Source: an uncultured Defluviitaleaceae bacterium (lineage in GTDB: Bacteria > Bacillota > Clostridia > Lachnospirales > WRBF01). From it: a stretch of 64,000 nt of DNA. This document shows positions 8,722 to 17,934 of the stretch, one piece after another; positions within the stretch are counted from its first letter, which is position 1; each line of letters begins with the position of its first letter. The position numbers were made by a program, and so were the translations under genes. Under the pieces are notes generated by a model. It was not told the origin of the DNA. It searched no databases and saw only the letters and a program-made list of their open reading frames with translations. The DNA lies in contig CAYXWM010000004.1 of NCBI GenBank assembly GCA_964468805.1, forward strand, positions 969 to 64,968, read 5' to 3'.

Positions 8722-9030
8722 CTAAACGCTTGCTTGATGGCTAATACCCAAACAAATATTGTTTTCATCAAACAACAAGACAATGTGATACCCTGTAGCC
8801 ATCCATTGTCTTACTTGAATGGGTTTTCCGTCCGTGCTAACTTGACTTGTCTGTGATTTCGGTAATCCGCATGCAGAAACTATTTCATCATATGTTTTCC
8901 CTTGCAAATTACCCAATTTCACAAACTTTTGTTGTAATGCCATTCCTGACGCTCTTACACCCACAGATATTAAGGCGAATAGCAATAGTCCGCCTAAAAT
9001 CGGCAACACCGTATACATAAAAGTATCCAT
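8722..9030 (-). CDS. Hypothetical membrane-anchored protein
   Basis: AAGGAG lies 10 nt upstream of the ATG. N-terminal TM helix TVLPILGGLLLFALISVGV. Confidence 0.55.
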   Translation of the reverse strand: MDTFMYTVLPILGGLLLFALISVGVRASGMALQQKFVKLGNLQGKTYDEIVSACGLPKSQTSQVSTDGKPIQVRQWMATGYHIVLLFDENNICLGISHQASV

Positions 9031-9178
9031 TTTCTAATCGCTCCTTATGTAATTTAATTTTACTGCAAATTCCAACAAATAAAGTATAACACTAAACAAT
9101 CTACCGGTTAAGGTCAGACGACCTCATTTGTAAACCTTTTCCTCAGTAAAATAATAATATGTAAAGGGGGCGTATAAG

Positions 9179-9412
9179 ATGCTTAATCCGGGGCAAATAG
9201 GACAAATAATAAGACAATGCAGAGAAAACAAAGGACTAACTCAAGAGCAGTTAAGCGGATTAGCTGTATTAGATAGAACACATTACAGCAAGATAGAAAG
9301 AGGATTAAGGATACCGACAATGGAATCACTGTTTAAGATTGCGTACGCCCTTGATATGAAGCCACATGAACTGATAAAGATTATTGAAAATGAAATAGAA
9401 TTAAAGTTTTAG
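9179..9412 (+). CDS. XRE-family helix-turn-helix transcriptional regulator
   Basis: RBS AGGGGG lies 8 nt upstream. GLTQEQLSGLAVLDRTHYSKIERGLRIPTMESLFKIAYAL is a classic HTH_3 pattern. Confidence 0.8.
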   Translation: MLNPGQIGQIIRQCRENKGLTQEQLSGLAVLDRTHYSKIERGLRIPTMESLFKIAYALDMKPHELIKIIENEIELKF

Positions 9413-9610
9413 AACAACCCAAAAGCGCAAGACGCCATAACATGCAACTTGTGCTTTTTGCTTATTACATGGGATAGGATTTATTCCGAGTGGTTTCCCG
9501 GTTACGGCTATAAGCTTGCCGAAGGACCCGAACTCCTGTGGAATGAAAGCCCCGATACCACAAAGCCTGATTATAAAAGCGAAATATGGATTCCCGTTAA
9601 AAAGCTTTAA
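9413..9610 (+). pseudogene. 3' fragment of a GyrI-like / AraC-effector-binding-domain gene (no start codon)
   Basis: Open frame without an ATG, ending ..[46 protein letters not shown]. This resembles the C-terminal strand pattern of GyrI-like domains. A strong terminator follows. Confidence 0.4.
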
Positions 9611-9617
9611 AGTATAA

Positions 9618-9656
9618 AGAGGTAGCCACTATCAAACCTGTGGCTACCTCTTTTGT
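9618..9656 (+). terminator. Rho-independent terminator
   Basis: AGAGGTAGCCAC..GTGGCTACCTCT (12 bp) followed by TTTT. Confidence 0.8.
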
Positions 9657-9822
9657 ATTTCAAGTCATTATACCCGTTTTATATTTGCACGCATACCATT
9701 GACACCGGAAGTCACCCACCGGTTTTTTGCAAAAACACGCAACACAGCCGGCATTGTTTCGGTTGATACGAATGGGAGCTTATAGGGGGTAAAGTAAAAG
9801 GGATAGGTTGTTCGAACTTTTT

Positions 9823-10182
9823 TTATTTACCACCAAACTTTTCCCTAATTTCCCGATTAAGTTTATCACGCCAATTTTCTGTGTATGTTTCGGCATTACG
9901 CATAAGTTCTTCGCAAAATGCGGCGACATCTTCGCCGGTGATTTCCAATACATGCTTACCGTTTGAGGCACCTTCTTCGAACAGCTCCATCAAGTCGCCA
10001 TGTACCTTCATCATATCGTAGCCTGCACCTGCTACGAACATCCACATATGGCCCTGAATTTTCTTGAATACGAATTGATAGTCTTTTGGCAATTTATCTA
10101 CTCTTGCCATCAGCTCTTTGTACTCACGTTTGCTTTCGATCATTTTTTTGATGTTAAAGTAATCATCGAAGAAATTAGACAT
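9823..10182 (-). CDS. DUF1048 domain protein (PadR-operon partner)
   Basis: SKREYKELMARVDKLPKDYQFVFKKIQGHMW pattern. Overlaps the stop of the PadR gene by 8 nt. Confidence 0.75.
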   Translation of the reverse strand: MSNFFDDYFNIKKMIESKREYKELMARVDKLPKDYQFVFKKIQGHMWMFVAGAGYDMMKVHGDLMELFEEGASNGKHVLEITGEDVAAFCEELMRNAETYTENWRDKLNREIREKFGGK

Positions 10183-10507
10183 TGGATTGTTCCTCCCTTA
10201 ATTGATTAATTTTCGATGCAACGAATTCCCACTTTTCCCAATAGCGACGTAACTCTTCCCGCCCGGCATCGTTAAGCGTAAAAAACTTTCTGGGCGGACC
10301 CATATCCGAGGGCTTTTTATCCACCTTCACAAGGGCGTTCTTTTCAAGTCTCACAAGTATGGTATAAACCGTACCCTCCACTACATCTGTAAAACCCAGG
10401 GCATTTAGCTTTCGTGTGATTTCATAGCCATAGGTTTGTTCACGGCTGATAATTTCAAGAACGCAACCTTCTAATACACCTTTTAACATTTCAGTTAGGT
10501 TTTCCAT
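10175..10507 (-). CDS. PadR-family transcriptional regulator
   Basis: LKGVLEGCVLEIISREQTYGYEITRKLNALGF..EGTVYTILVRLEKNALV winged-helix signature. Confidence 0.85.
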   Translation of the reverse strand: MENLTEMLKGVLEGCVLEIISREQTYGYEITRKLNALGFTDVVEGTVYTILVRLEKNALVKVDKKPSDMGPPRKFFTLNDAGREELRRYWEKWEFVASKINQLREEQSNV

Positions 10508-10735
10508 CGCGCACCTCCCATATCTATTCTTTATAACTGATAATCAGTAATACATACTACCGGTATATAGTATTACAAAGTAGACCTTGTGTCAATAGGA
10601 AAATTTTATATTTTTACAATAATTAGTGCAAACGACCGTTAGGATCGTGTATGCTATGCCGTTTTAAAACAGACTAAAGTTAACGAAAGCTTTCTACTAT
10701 TTTATAGTAATAGAAAAAAATACAACTTCTTCCTA

Positions 10736-10784
10736 TTGACCGAGTCGGTTTAGAGTATTATAATAATAATAAACCGATTCGGTT
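10736..10784 (+). promoter_or_regulatory. Sigma-A-type promoter flanked by two palindromic operator candidates for the TetR regulator
   Basis: TTGACC (10736-10741), 17-nt spacer, TATAAT (10759-10764). Palindromes ACCGAGTCGGT (10739-10749) and AACCGATTCGGTT (10772-10784). Confidence 0.6.
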
Positions 10785-10808
10785 AATTATATTTGAGGTG
10801 ATTGTAGA

Positions 10809-11423
10809 TTGGAAAGGTTTTTGAGTTTGCCGCCGGAAAAGCAAAATGTCATTGTAGACGCTGCCATGAGTTTGTTTGGTGCAGTTGGATATAAAAAAGC
10901 GTCTGTTGCCGATATTGCCGAGGCAGCCGGAATCTCAAAGGCAATGGTTTTTTACTACTTCGGGAGTAAGAAAGCGCTTTATCTGTACCTTATAGAGTTT
11001 GCGGGTAATACTGTTAAGGACGAGATTGATAAGCGTTTTGACAAATCGATCACCGATTTTTTTGAAAAAATCCGATTAGCCTCTGAGATTAAAATGTCGG
11101 CTCTGAAAAGATTTCCGGGAATCCTCTCGTTTTTGACAGGTATGTATTATGAAACCGATAAGGAGGTTGCTGAGGATATAAGGCGAGTTTTATCCGAGGG
11201 TGAGGCGTTTGGCTCAGAGTTTGTTTTAGATAACATGGATGCGAAAAAGTTCAAGGACGATGTTGACCCTGAGCTTGTGCTGAAAATACTGACCTGCTAT
11301 TCCGAGGGCTATATGTCGGGTTATGAAATGCGACAGGTTAAGGACTTTAACGCAATGATGGCAGACTTTAACAATTGCCTTGATCTTATGAAACGGCATT
11401 TTTATAAAGAAGAATATGTTTAA
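10809..11423 (+). CDS. TetR/AcrR-family transcriptional regulator
   Basis: TTG start after GAGGTG. N-terminal HTH AAMSLFGAVGYKKASVADIAEAAGISKAMVFYYFGSKKALY. Confidence 0.85.
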   Translation: MERFLSLPPEKQNVIVDAAMSLFGAVGYKKASVADIAEAAGISKAMVFYYFGSKKALYLYLIEFAGNTVKDEIDKRFDKSITDFFEKIRLASEIKMSALKRFPGILSFLTGMYYETDKEVAEDIRRVLSEGEAFGSEFVLDNMDAKKFKDDVDPELVLKILTCYSEGYMSGYEMRQVKDFNAMMADFNNCLDLMKRHFYKEEYV

Positions 11424-11441
11424 GAACAGGGGTGAACCTAA

Positions 11442-11669
11442 TTGAAAAAACATATTAAAAAGATGATTGCACCAATTGTTATTATTACAATTATCATAGC
11501 GTATTATGCCACACTTGGGTTTACTCTTTTGAACTTGGTAATGCCTGTTTGGGGTAAAGCTTTGGTAATCTTAATCCCGGCTATATTAGCCGGAGTCGGC
11601 ATTTACATGTTAATACAGCGAATTAAGGAAATAAGGAGTGGAGAAGAAGATGATCTTAGTAAATACTGA
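11442..11669 (+). CDS. Small two-TM membrane protein
   Basis: 75-aa ORF with two hydrophobic helices, in an operon position between the TetR and YbjQ genes. Confidence 0.5.
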   Translation: MKKHIKKMIAPIVIITIIIAYYATLGFTLLNLVMPVWGKALVILIPAILAGVGIYMLIQRIKEIRSGEEDDLSKY

Positions 11670-11964
11670 TTATATAACCGGAAAAGAGCTTGAAATGATT
11701 GGAATTGTTAAGGGTAGCACGATTCAGTCCAAAAATATCGGAAGAGACATTACACAAGGCTTCAAAACATTGGTCGGGGGCGAACTGACAGCGTATAACG
11801 ACATGATGAACACCGCTCGCGCTCTTGCCACCAAGCGTATGGTTGCCGAAGCTGAAGAGCTTGGTGCGGATGCAATTGTAAATATTCGGTATGCTTCTTC
11901 TGCTGTTATGTCCGGCGCCGCCGAGGTTATGGCTTATGGCACAGCTGTGAAATTTATAGTCTAA
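11650..11964 (+). CDS. YbjQ/UPF0145 family protein
   Basis: MILVNTDYITGKELEMIGIVKGSTIQSKNIGRDI..GGELTAYNDMMNTARALATKRMVAEAEELGADAIVNIRY. The ATG at 11650 is preferred over the track start at 11638, which lies within the RBS GGAGTGGAG. Confidence 0.8.
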   Translation: MILVNTDYITGKELEMIGIVKGSTIQSKNIGRDITQGFKTLVGGELTAYNDMMNTARALATKRMVAEAEELGADAIVNIRYASSAVMSGAAEVMAYGTAVKFIV

Positions 11965-11993
11965 TAAAAGAGCTTTGATTGGAGGGAAAACAC

Positions 11994-12692
11994 ATGTATA
12001 TATCCATCAATAATCTTTGCAAAAGCTACGGAAGCAGTGAGGTAAAAACCACTGCTTTGAACAACGCTTTCTTTGAGCTTGATAAGGGCGAAATAGGCGT
12101 AATTTTAGGACCCTCCGGCAGCGGAAAGTCCACACTGATGAACATTTTGGGCGGTATCGACCGAGCAGACAGCGGAACCGTCCTGGTGGGTGGCGAAAAC
12201 ATTGCGGTGTTGGGCGACGATGCACTGACAGAATACCGCCGCAGCAAGGTGGGCTTTATCTTCCAAAGTTACAACCTTATCTCTCATCTGACCGTGACAG
12301 AAAATATAGAGGTGGTGGAAAATATCAGCACTTCTCCGATTGCTGTTAGCCGGGTACTTTCCGCCGTTGGGCTTTCCGAGAAAAAGGACCGTTTTCCACG
12401 TGAGCTTTCGGGCGGCGAACAGCAGCGAGTGGCTATTGCACGGGCGATTGTGAAAAACCCCGAGCTGCTTTTATGCGACGAAATCACCGGTGCGTTGGAC
12501 TTTGAAAGCGCCATCGAGGTTTTGGCACTTGTACAGGAAATCAGCAAACAATTTGGCACGACTATAGTAATGATTACCCACAACAGCGCCATTTCTGCAA
12601 TGGCTCATAGGGTGTATAAATTTCGCAGCGGCGAGGTGGTGGATGTTGCAACAAATAAAGACCCCGCTCCTGCAAGGAGTGTGGTGTGGTGA
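11994..12692 (+). CDS. ABC transporter ATP-binding protein (MacB/LolD-like)
   Basis: Walker A GPSGSGKST, signature LSGGEQQRVAIARA, Walker B LLLCDEITGALD. GGAGGG lies 7 nt upstream of the ATG at 11994. Confidence 0.9.
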   Translation: MYISINNLCKSYGSSEVKTTALNNAFFELDKGEIGVILGPSGSGKSTLMNILGGIDRADSGTVLVGGENIAVLGDDALTEYRRSKVGFIFQSYNLISHLTVTENIEVVENISTSPIAVSRVLSAVGLSEKKDRFPRELSGGEQQRVAIARAIVKNPELLLCDEITGALDFESAIEVLALVQEISKQFGTTIVMITHNSAISAMAHRVYKFRSGEVVDVATNKDPAPARSVVW

Positions 12693-14935
12693 TGAAGCTT
12701 AATAAAAGCGTGCTACGTGTTATGAAAGAAAACAAGGGGCAGTACCTTGGAATGTTTTATATGGTGCTACTGTCAAGCTTTCTGTTTGTGTTCTTTATGC
12801 TGGCCGCAGCTAATCTTTCCACTAACAAAAACGCCTATTTTTCTGACTACGTTATGGGCGATATTGAGTTCGCATCTAGAACGGAAGTTGCAAACATCGC
12901 TTACATTGAAAAGCAGTTTGACATTCAATTGGAAGGTGCGCTAACAAAAGACGTCGCAAACGAAAGTAAGACAATTAGGCTATTTACACCAAACAAAAAG
13001 GTCAACATTCCTGCTGTTTTAGACGGTAGGCTGCCGCAGCCAGGGGAAATCGCCCTTGATCCGCAGTTTGCAAAGGCAAACAGCTATAAGCTTGGCGGCA
13101 TCATTGGGATTGAAGGTAAAAGCTATACTATATCGGGTACTATATGCCTACCGAACTACGCATATGTGCTGAAAAAGCCAGGGGATTTGGTCAACGACTT
13201 TAACACCTTTGGCGTTGCGGTGATGAATGAGGCCGACCTCATAACTGGCGAGCTGCTCTACTCGGTGAAGTATAACACGCCACAGAAAGATATTTATGCA
13301 CAGGCAAAGCCGTTAAAATCCTACTTAAACCAACAGGGTGTGCAGCTTCTTTCATGGAACTACGCAAAATACGATATGAAAACCAACATGCCCGACGTAG
13401 AGGTGCAGATGATTACCGTTTATTCGTGGATACTGCCGCCATTTTTGATGCTGCTTTCGGCGGCACTGGCAGCAGCGGTGCTCGGAAGAATGGTAAAGAG
13501 CCAATCGGGCGTAATCGGAACCCTTTACGCCTTGGGTTATCGCAAGGGAGAGCTTATGCGTCACTACCTAAGTTATCCCTTACGGATAGGTATATTTGGT
13601 GGCGTATTGGGCGGTGTCATGGGTATGGTAACCATTGTACCGTTTCTGAACCTTATGCATACCTTTTTCCCAATGCCCATTAAGGAACTTATCTTTAACC
13701 CGATTTATATTCTGTTTGGCACAGCTTTGACTACTTTTATTCTTTGTGCAGGTGTGTATTTTGTGCTGAATAAAGTGCTGTCTGCCTCACCGGTTTCGCT
13801 GATGCGAAACGATGCAAAGACCGGAAAGCCAAACTTCCTTGAACGCAGGCTTCCGCTCTCAAGTATGCGTTTTGAAACTGTGTTTTCCATTCGTGAGAAT
13901 CTGCGTTCTATCCCTCGGCTTGCCCTAATGTTAGTAGGCGTTTTGGCTGCCACGGCACTGCTTATGTTTGGGCTGATTACCAAAAGCTCCATGGATTATC
14001 TCATCAGCAGTGAGGGAACCAAAGCCACCTTGACCTATAACTACGAGTACGGGCTACACGTACCTCAGAATACGAAGCCTCCAATGGGCGGCGAACCCAT
14101 AGCCGGGCGAAAGTTTGTGCCTGAATTTAACACCGAGCAACGCTTTGAAATTATTGGTTCTGTACCCGACGGAAGTATTGTTTCCTTGTTTGACAAAAGC
14201 GGAAAGCCTATCCGGTTGGACGACAAAAAGGCCGTAATAACGAAAACTATGGCCGCCAAGTATGGTCTAAAGCCCGGTGACACCATCCGCTTTTCTGACA
14301 TTATATCCGACAGGGAGTTATCAATTATCATCACGGACATTGCTGATTCCGGACTCGGAGATTACATCTTTGTATCACTGGAACGCTTCGATGAACTGCT
14401 TGGCTGGGAAAAAGGCGCTTACAACGCCATTATGTCTCTCTCTCCCATTGACATCGACCCGGCTTTGGTTTACAAACTAACCACGCCGGAAAGCCTAACA
14501 GACAGCCTTGCTGACTTTATGTTGCTGATGAATACCTTTTTGTACGGCATTGCTGTTGTGGCTGCTGTAATCGCTATGATTATAATCTACATCCTTGCCG
14601 CGGTAAGTATCGACGAACAAAAGGGCGGTATTGCACTGATGAAGGTATTCGGCTACAAAAAGAGTGAAGTAGGCGCTCTTATGACAAACAGCTCACGCCT
14701 GTTGGTGCTTGCAAGCTTCGCCATCGGCGTACCCCTATCATACTATTCAATAAGTACTGCGCTGACCTTTATTTTCGGGCTTTTAAATCTGACAATTGAA
14801 GTACGCTTGGATTGGTATTTCGTTTTGCTTGGGTTGGTACTTATTGTGGGTGCTTTTGAACTCTCCAAAAAGCTTTGCCTTAGAAAGATTGCCGGAATAC
14901 CCATGAGTGAGGTGTTAAAAGCGCAGAAAGAGTAG
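12692..14935 (+). CDS. ABC transporter permease, FtsX-like fold (two FtsX modules)
   Basis: The start overlaps the ATPase stop as ATGA. Multiple TM segments and a large extracytoplasmic loop typical of the MacB/FtsX family. Confidence 0.85.
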   Translation: MKLNKSVLRVMKENKGQYLGMFYMVLLSSFLFVFFMLAAANLSTNKNAYFSDYVMGDIEFASRTEVANIAYIEKQFDIQLEGALTKDVANESKTIRLFTPNKKVNIPAVLDGRLPQPGEIALDPQFAKANSYKLGGIIGIEGKSYTISGTICLPNYAYVLKKPGDLVNDFNTFGVAVMNEADLITGELLYSVKYNTPQKDIYAQAKPLKSYLNQQGVQLLSWNYAKYDMKTNMPDVEVQMITVYSWILPPFLMLLSAALAAAVLGRMVKSQSGVIGTLYALGYRKGELMRHYLSYPLRIGIFGGVLGGVMGMVTIVPFLNLMHTFFPMPIKELIFNPIYILFGTALTTFILCAGVYFVLNKVLSASPVSLMRNDAKTGKPNFLERRLPLSSMRFETVFSIRENLRSIPRLALMLVGVLAATALLMFGLITKSSMDYLISSEGTKATLTYNYEYGLHVPQNTKPPMGGEPIAGRKFVPEFNTEQRFEIIGSVPDGSIVSLFDKSGKPIRLDDKKAVITKTMAAKYGLKPGDTIRFSDIISDRELSIIITDIADSGLGDYIFVSLERFDELLGWEKGAYNAIMSLSPIDIDPALVYKLTTPESLTDSLADFMLLMNTFLYGIAVVAAVIAMIIIYILAAVSIDEQKGGIALMKVFGYKKSEVGALMTNSSRLLVLASFAIGVPLSYYSISTALTFIFGLLNLTIEVRLDWYFVLLGLVLIVGAFELSKKLCLRKIAGIPMSEVLKAQKE

Positions 14936-15117
14936 AGTGGATAGCTGAAAATGATTGATATGTAAGAAACTTGTGTTTTTGGAAAGAGCCGTCGGTAAAC
15001 GACGGTAGGTGTGGAGCTATCAGATTAATCACGAAATTTACCGATTCCGGCAGGATGCCCGTGTAACCTTGTATACCCAAGCCACACACAGCGGAATCCA
15101 CCTAAAGGAAGTTTAAA

Positions 15118-15168
15118 GGAGAAAACCTTTTTCAACAAATGAAAAAAGGCTTTCTCCTTTTTGGTTTT
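15118..15168 (+). terminator. Strong rho-independent terminator ending a ~230-nt non-coding tail after the ABC operon
   Basis: GGAGAAAACCTTTTT..AAAAAGGCTTTCTCC stem followed by TTTTTGGTTTT. Confidence 0.8.
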
Positions 15169-15625
15169 CTACATCTATTAAAGAAGGAAACTGCACAAAA
15201 ACTGTAATTTAAGAAGCAAATTTATTTTCCGGAATGCCGTTAATATAGCATAAATTATACCGGTATTAGCTGCTAATAGCCTTTTAGACGGATGGTAGTT
15301 TTAAGCCGTGCCAAAAATGCTTCCTATCTAAATCCCAAACCCGGAAGTCTCGGAATCCTTTATGCAAATAATTATCTTTGTCAAACACCCCGGAAAGTCC
15401 GTTTACAGCAGCTTAATGCGTGTAGGGCTGTGATTTTCTCTTTAAAAATTCATTGATAAAAAAAGTCATATAATTCCTATAGTTATACTCAAATATTCGG
15501 CAAGTATTACCGGGTCCAATTTGATTAAAAAATATTGCAAAAAGAATCGAAATAAAGCATAATGTTTAGAAATAAAAAAAGGTTATTGATAATAATTCTT
15601 TTTAAATAATTAAAGGAGTGAAGAA

Positions 15626-17029
15626 ATGTCTGATAAAGGCAGAGGAAGTTGGGGAAGCAACTTTGGATTTTTAATGGCTGCAGTCGGCTCTGCTGTAGGA
15701 CTTGGTAATCTATGGGGTTTCCCTTATAAGTTAGGAAAAAACGGCGGTTTTGCGTTTTTATTGGTCTACATTATATTTGTTGCAGTGGTTGGCGTCGTTG
15801 TTATTTTGGGCGAGCTTGCCATAGGACGCAAAACTAAGTTAAGCCCTGTGGGGGCATATAAAGCTGTAAATAAAAGGTTCGTGTTTAACGGATGGCTGGG
15901 CGTTTTAGGCTCATTTATAATACTTTCCTTTTACAGCGTTTTAGGTAGCTGGTCTATCAAATATTTCTTTACATATTGTATGGAAATGTTTGGGTCCGGA
16001 TTTAACGGAATGAGCGGACCGGAATTTTTCGGTAGCTTTACTGCAGACCCTGTGCAGTCAATAATATACCAGTTGATTTTTATAGTTATAACCACAGCTA
16101 TAGTTATTGTGGGTGTACAATCGGGTATTGAAAAGTTTTCCAAAATTATGATGCCCTGTTTGTTTATTATGCTTATTATAGTAATCATAAGAAGCGTAAC
16201 CTTGCCGGGAGCTATGCAAGGTATAGAGTTTATGTTTAAGCCGGATTTTTCTGTATTTTCCGATGTAAACTCCTCTTTTGAAGTAATAGCATCTGCCTTG
16301 GCGCAAATGTTCTTTTCTCTGTCACTGGGTATGGGTACGATGGTCTGCTACGGCAGTTATCTAAACAAAAATACAAGTTTGGTTAAAAATTCAATATTAA
16401 TACCGGTATTCGATACTCTTATTGCAATAATGGCAGGTCTGGCCATTATGCCGGCGGTTTTTGCAACAGGTATAGACCCTGCATCCGGTCCTTCTTTGTT
16501 ATATATAACTCTGCACGGAGTATTTGAAAGTATGCCGGGCGGCGTATTGTTTGGAGCTTTGTTTTACCTGCTGGTTGCAATAGCAGCGTTAACATCTTCA
16601 ATATCTCTGTTGGAAGTTTCTACGTCTTATTTTGTGGACGAGAAAAAATGGAGCAGAAAGAAAGCTACTGCTATAGCAGCAATCGCTACCTTCGTGGTTG
16701 GTGTGCCTACGGCGTTAAGTTTCGGAGTTTTTGGAGACGTTAAACTAATGGCGTTAAACGGTCAAATGATGGGTATTCTGGACTGGATGGATTACATCGG
16801 CGAGTACTTGTTAATGACAGTGGGTGCCTTGGTAATGTGCGTATTAATCGGCTGGGTTGCAAAACCGAGTACCTTTATCTCTGAAATTGAACAAGACGGA
16901 TATAATTTTAAATACAAAAGACTCTGGAGCTTTATGATAAAATTTGTAACGCCTGTATTGGTGTTTATTACATTTATGACTGCAACAGGTCTTCTTGATT
17001 CCATAACTGCTTTATTTACTAAAAAGTGA
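15626..17029 (+). CDS. Sodium-dependent transporter, neurotransmitter:sodium symporter (SNF/NSS) family
   Basis: WGSNFGFLMAAVGSAVGLGNLWGFPY signature, about 11-12 TM. AAAGGAG RBS. Candidate promoter TTGCAA-17-CATAAT at about 15535-15563. Confidence 0.9.
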   Translation: MSDKGRGSWGSNFGFLMAAVGSAVGLGNLWGFPYKLGKNGGFAFLLVYIIFVAVVGVVVILGELAIGRKTKLSPVGAYKAVNKRFVFNGWLGVLGSFIILSFYSVLGSWSIKYFFTYCMEMFGSGFNGMSGPEFFGSFTADPVQSIIYQLIFIVITTAIVIVGVQSGIEKFSKIMMPCLFIMLIIVIIRSVTLPGAMQGIEFMFKPDFSVFSDVNSSFEVIASALAQMFFSLSLGMGTMVCYGSYLNKNTSLVKNSILIPVFDTLIAIMAGLAIMPAVFATGIDPASGPSLLYITLHGVFESMPGGVLFGALFYLLVAIAALTSSISLLEVSTSYFVDEKKWSRKKATAIAAIATFVVGVPTALSFGVFGDVKLMALNGQMMGILDWMDYIGEYLLMTVGALVMCVLIGWVAKPSTFISEIEQDGYNFKYKRLWSFMIKFVTPVLVFITFMTATGLLDSITALFTKK

Positions 17030-17047
17030 TTTTGCTGAAATAATAAA

Positions 17048-17093
17048 AAAAGCCCATATTTACAGTTTTCGGCTGTTAGTATGGGCTTTCTTT
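17048..17093 (+). terminator. Rho-independent terminator
   Basis: AAAGCCCATA..TATGGGCTTT stem followed by a T-rich tail. Confidence 0.7.
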
Positions 17094-17351
17094 ATGTATT
17101 TATATAAATTTTCTCTATGGAATTTGGAAAGGATAAGGTTGATTAAAGGGTTGTTTAGCGGTTTAAGTTAACAGTACAAAAATCAATTACCTTAATCCAT
17201 GAAGCGTTGGCTGAATTAGTTTATTAAGGTTAAACTACTATATAGAATAAAATATTTATTGGATAAATATAAATTTGTTTGATATAATTCCTCTTGTCGG
17301 ATAAGTTAGTTTTATTAAAATAAACCACTATAATATAAAGGAGATAAAAAT

Positions 17352-17870
17352 ATGTCAAATCCCATTGTAACAATCGAGGTTGAAAATTACGGAACAATTA
17401 AGCTTGAGCTTTATCCGGAAATTGCACCAAACACTGTTAACAATTTTATTTCACTGGTTAATAAGGGCTATTATGACGGATTAACCTTTCACAGAATCAT
17501 TAACGGCTTTATGATTCAAGGAGGCTGTCCTTTGGGAACCGGTACAGGCAACCCCGGCTACAGCATTCCCGGTGAATTTAACTTAAACAACTTTAGCAAC
17601 GACTTAAAACACGACGAGGGCGTTATTTCTATGGCAAGAGCACAAAACCCCAACTCTGCCGGCTCACAATTTTTCATAATGCACCAAAAATCACCTCATC
17701 TGGACGGACAATATGCCGCCTTCGGAAAAACTACAGAGGGTATGGATGTGGTTAATAAAATTGCAGAAACCGAAACTGATTATAGTGACAAACCGGTAAC
17801 CCCTGCTGTTATTACAAAAATGACCGTTGAAACCTTCGGAGTGGAATATCCCGAACCGGAAAAGATGTAA
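17352..17870 (+). CDS. Peptidyl-prolyl cis-trans isomerase, cyclophilin type
   Basis: FHRIINGFMIQGGCP..GTGTGNPGYSIPGEF..SMARAQNPNSAGSQFFI signature. Confidence 0.9.
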   Translation: MSNPIVTIEVENYGTIKLELYPEIAPNTVNNFISLVNKGYYDGLTFHRIINGFMIQGGCPLGTGTGNPGYSIPGEFNLNNFSNDLKHDEGVISMARAQNPNSAGSQFFIMHQKSPHLDGQYAAFGKTTEGMDVVNKIAETETDYSDKPVTPAVITKMTVETFGVEYPEPEKM

Positions 17871-17891
17871 GTTAGTATAATATAGGATAAC

Positions 17892-17928
17892 AAACGAGCC
17901 ATGGATTAATCTCCATGGCTCGTTTTGT
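17892..17928. terminator. Bidirectional terminator between convergent genes
   Basis: AAACGAGCCATGGA..TCCATGGCTCGTTT (14 bp) flanked by A/T runs. Confidence 0.8.
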
Positions 17929-17934
17929 GTCATA

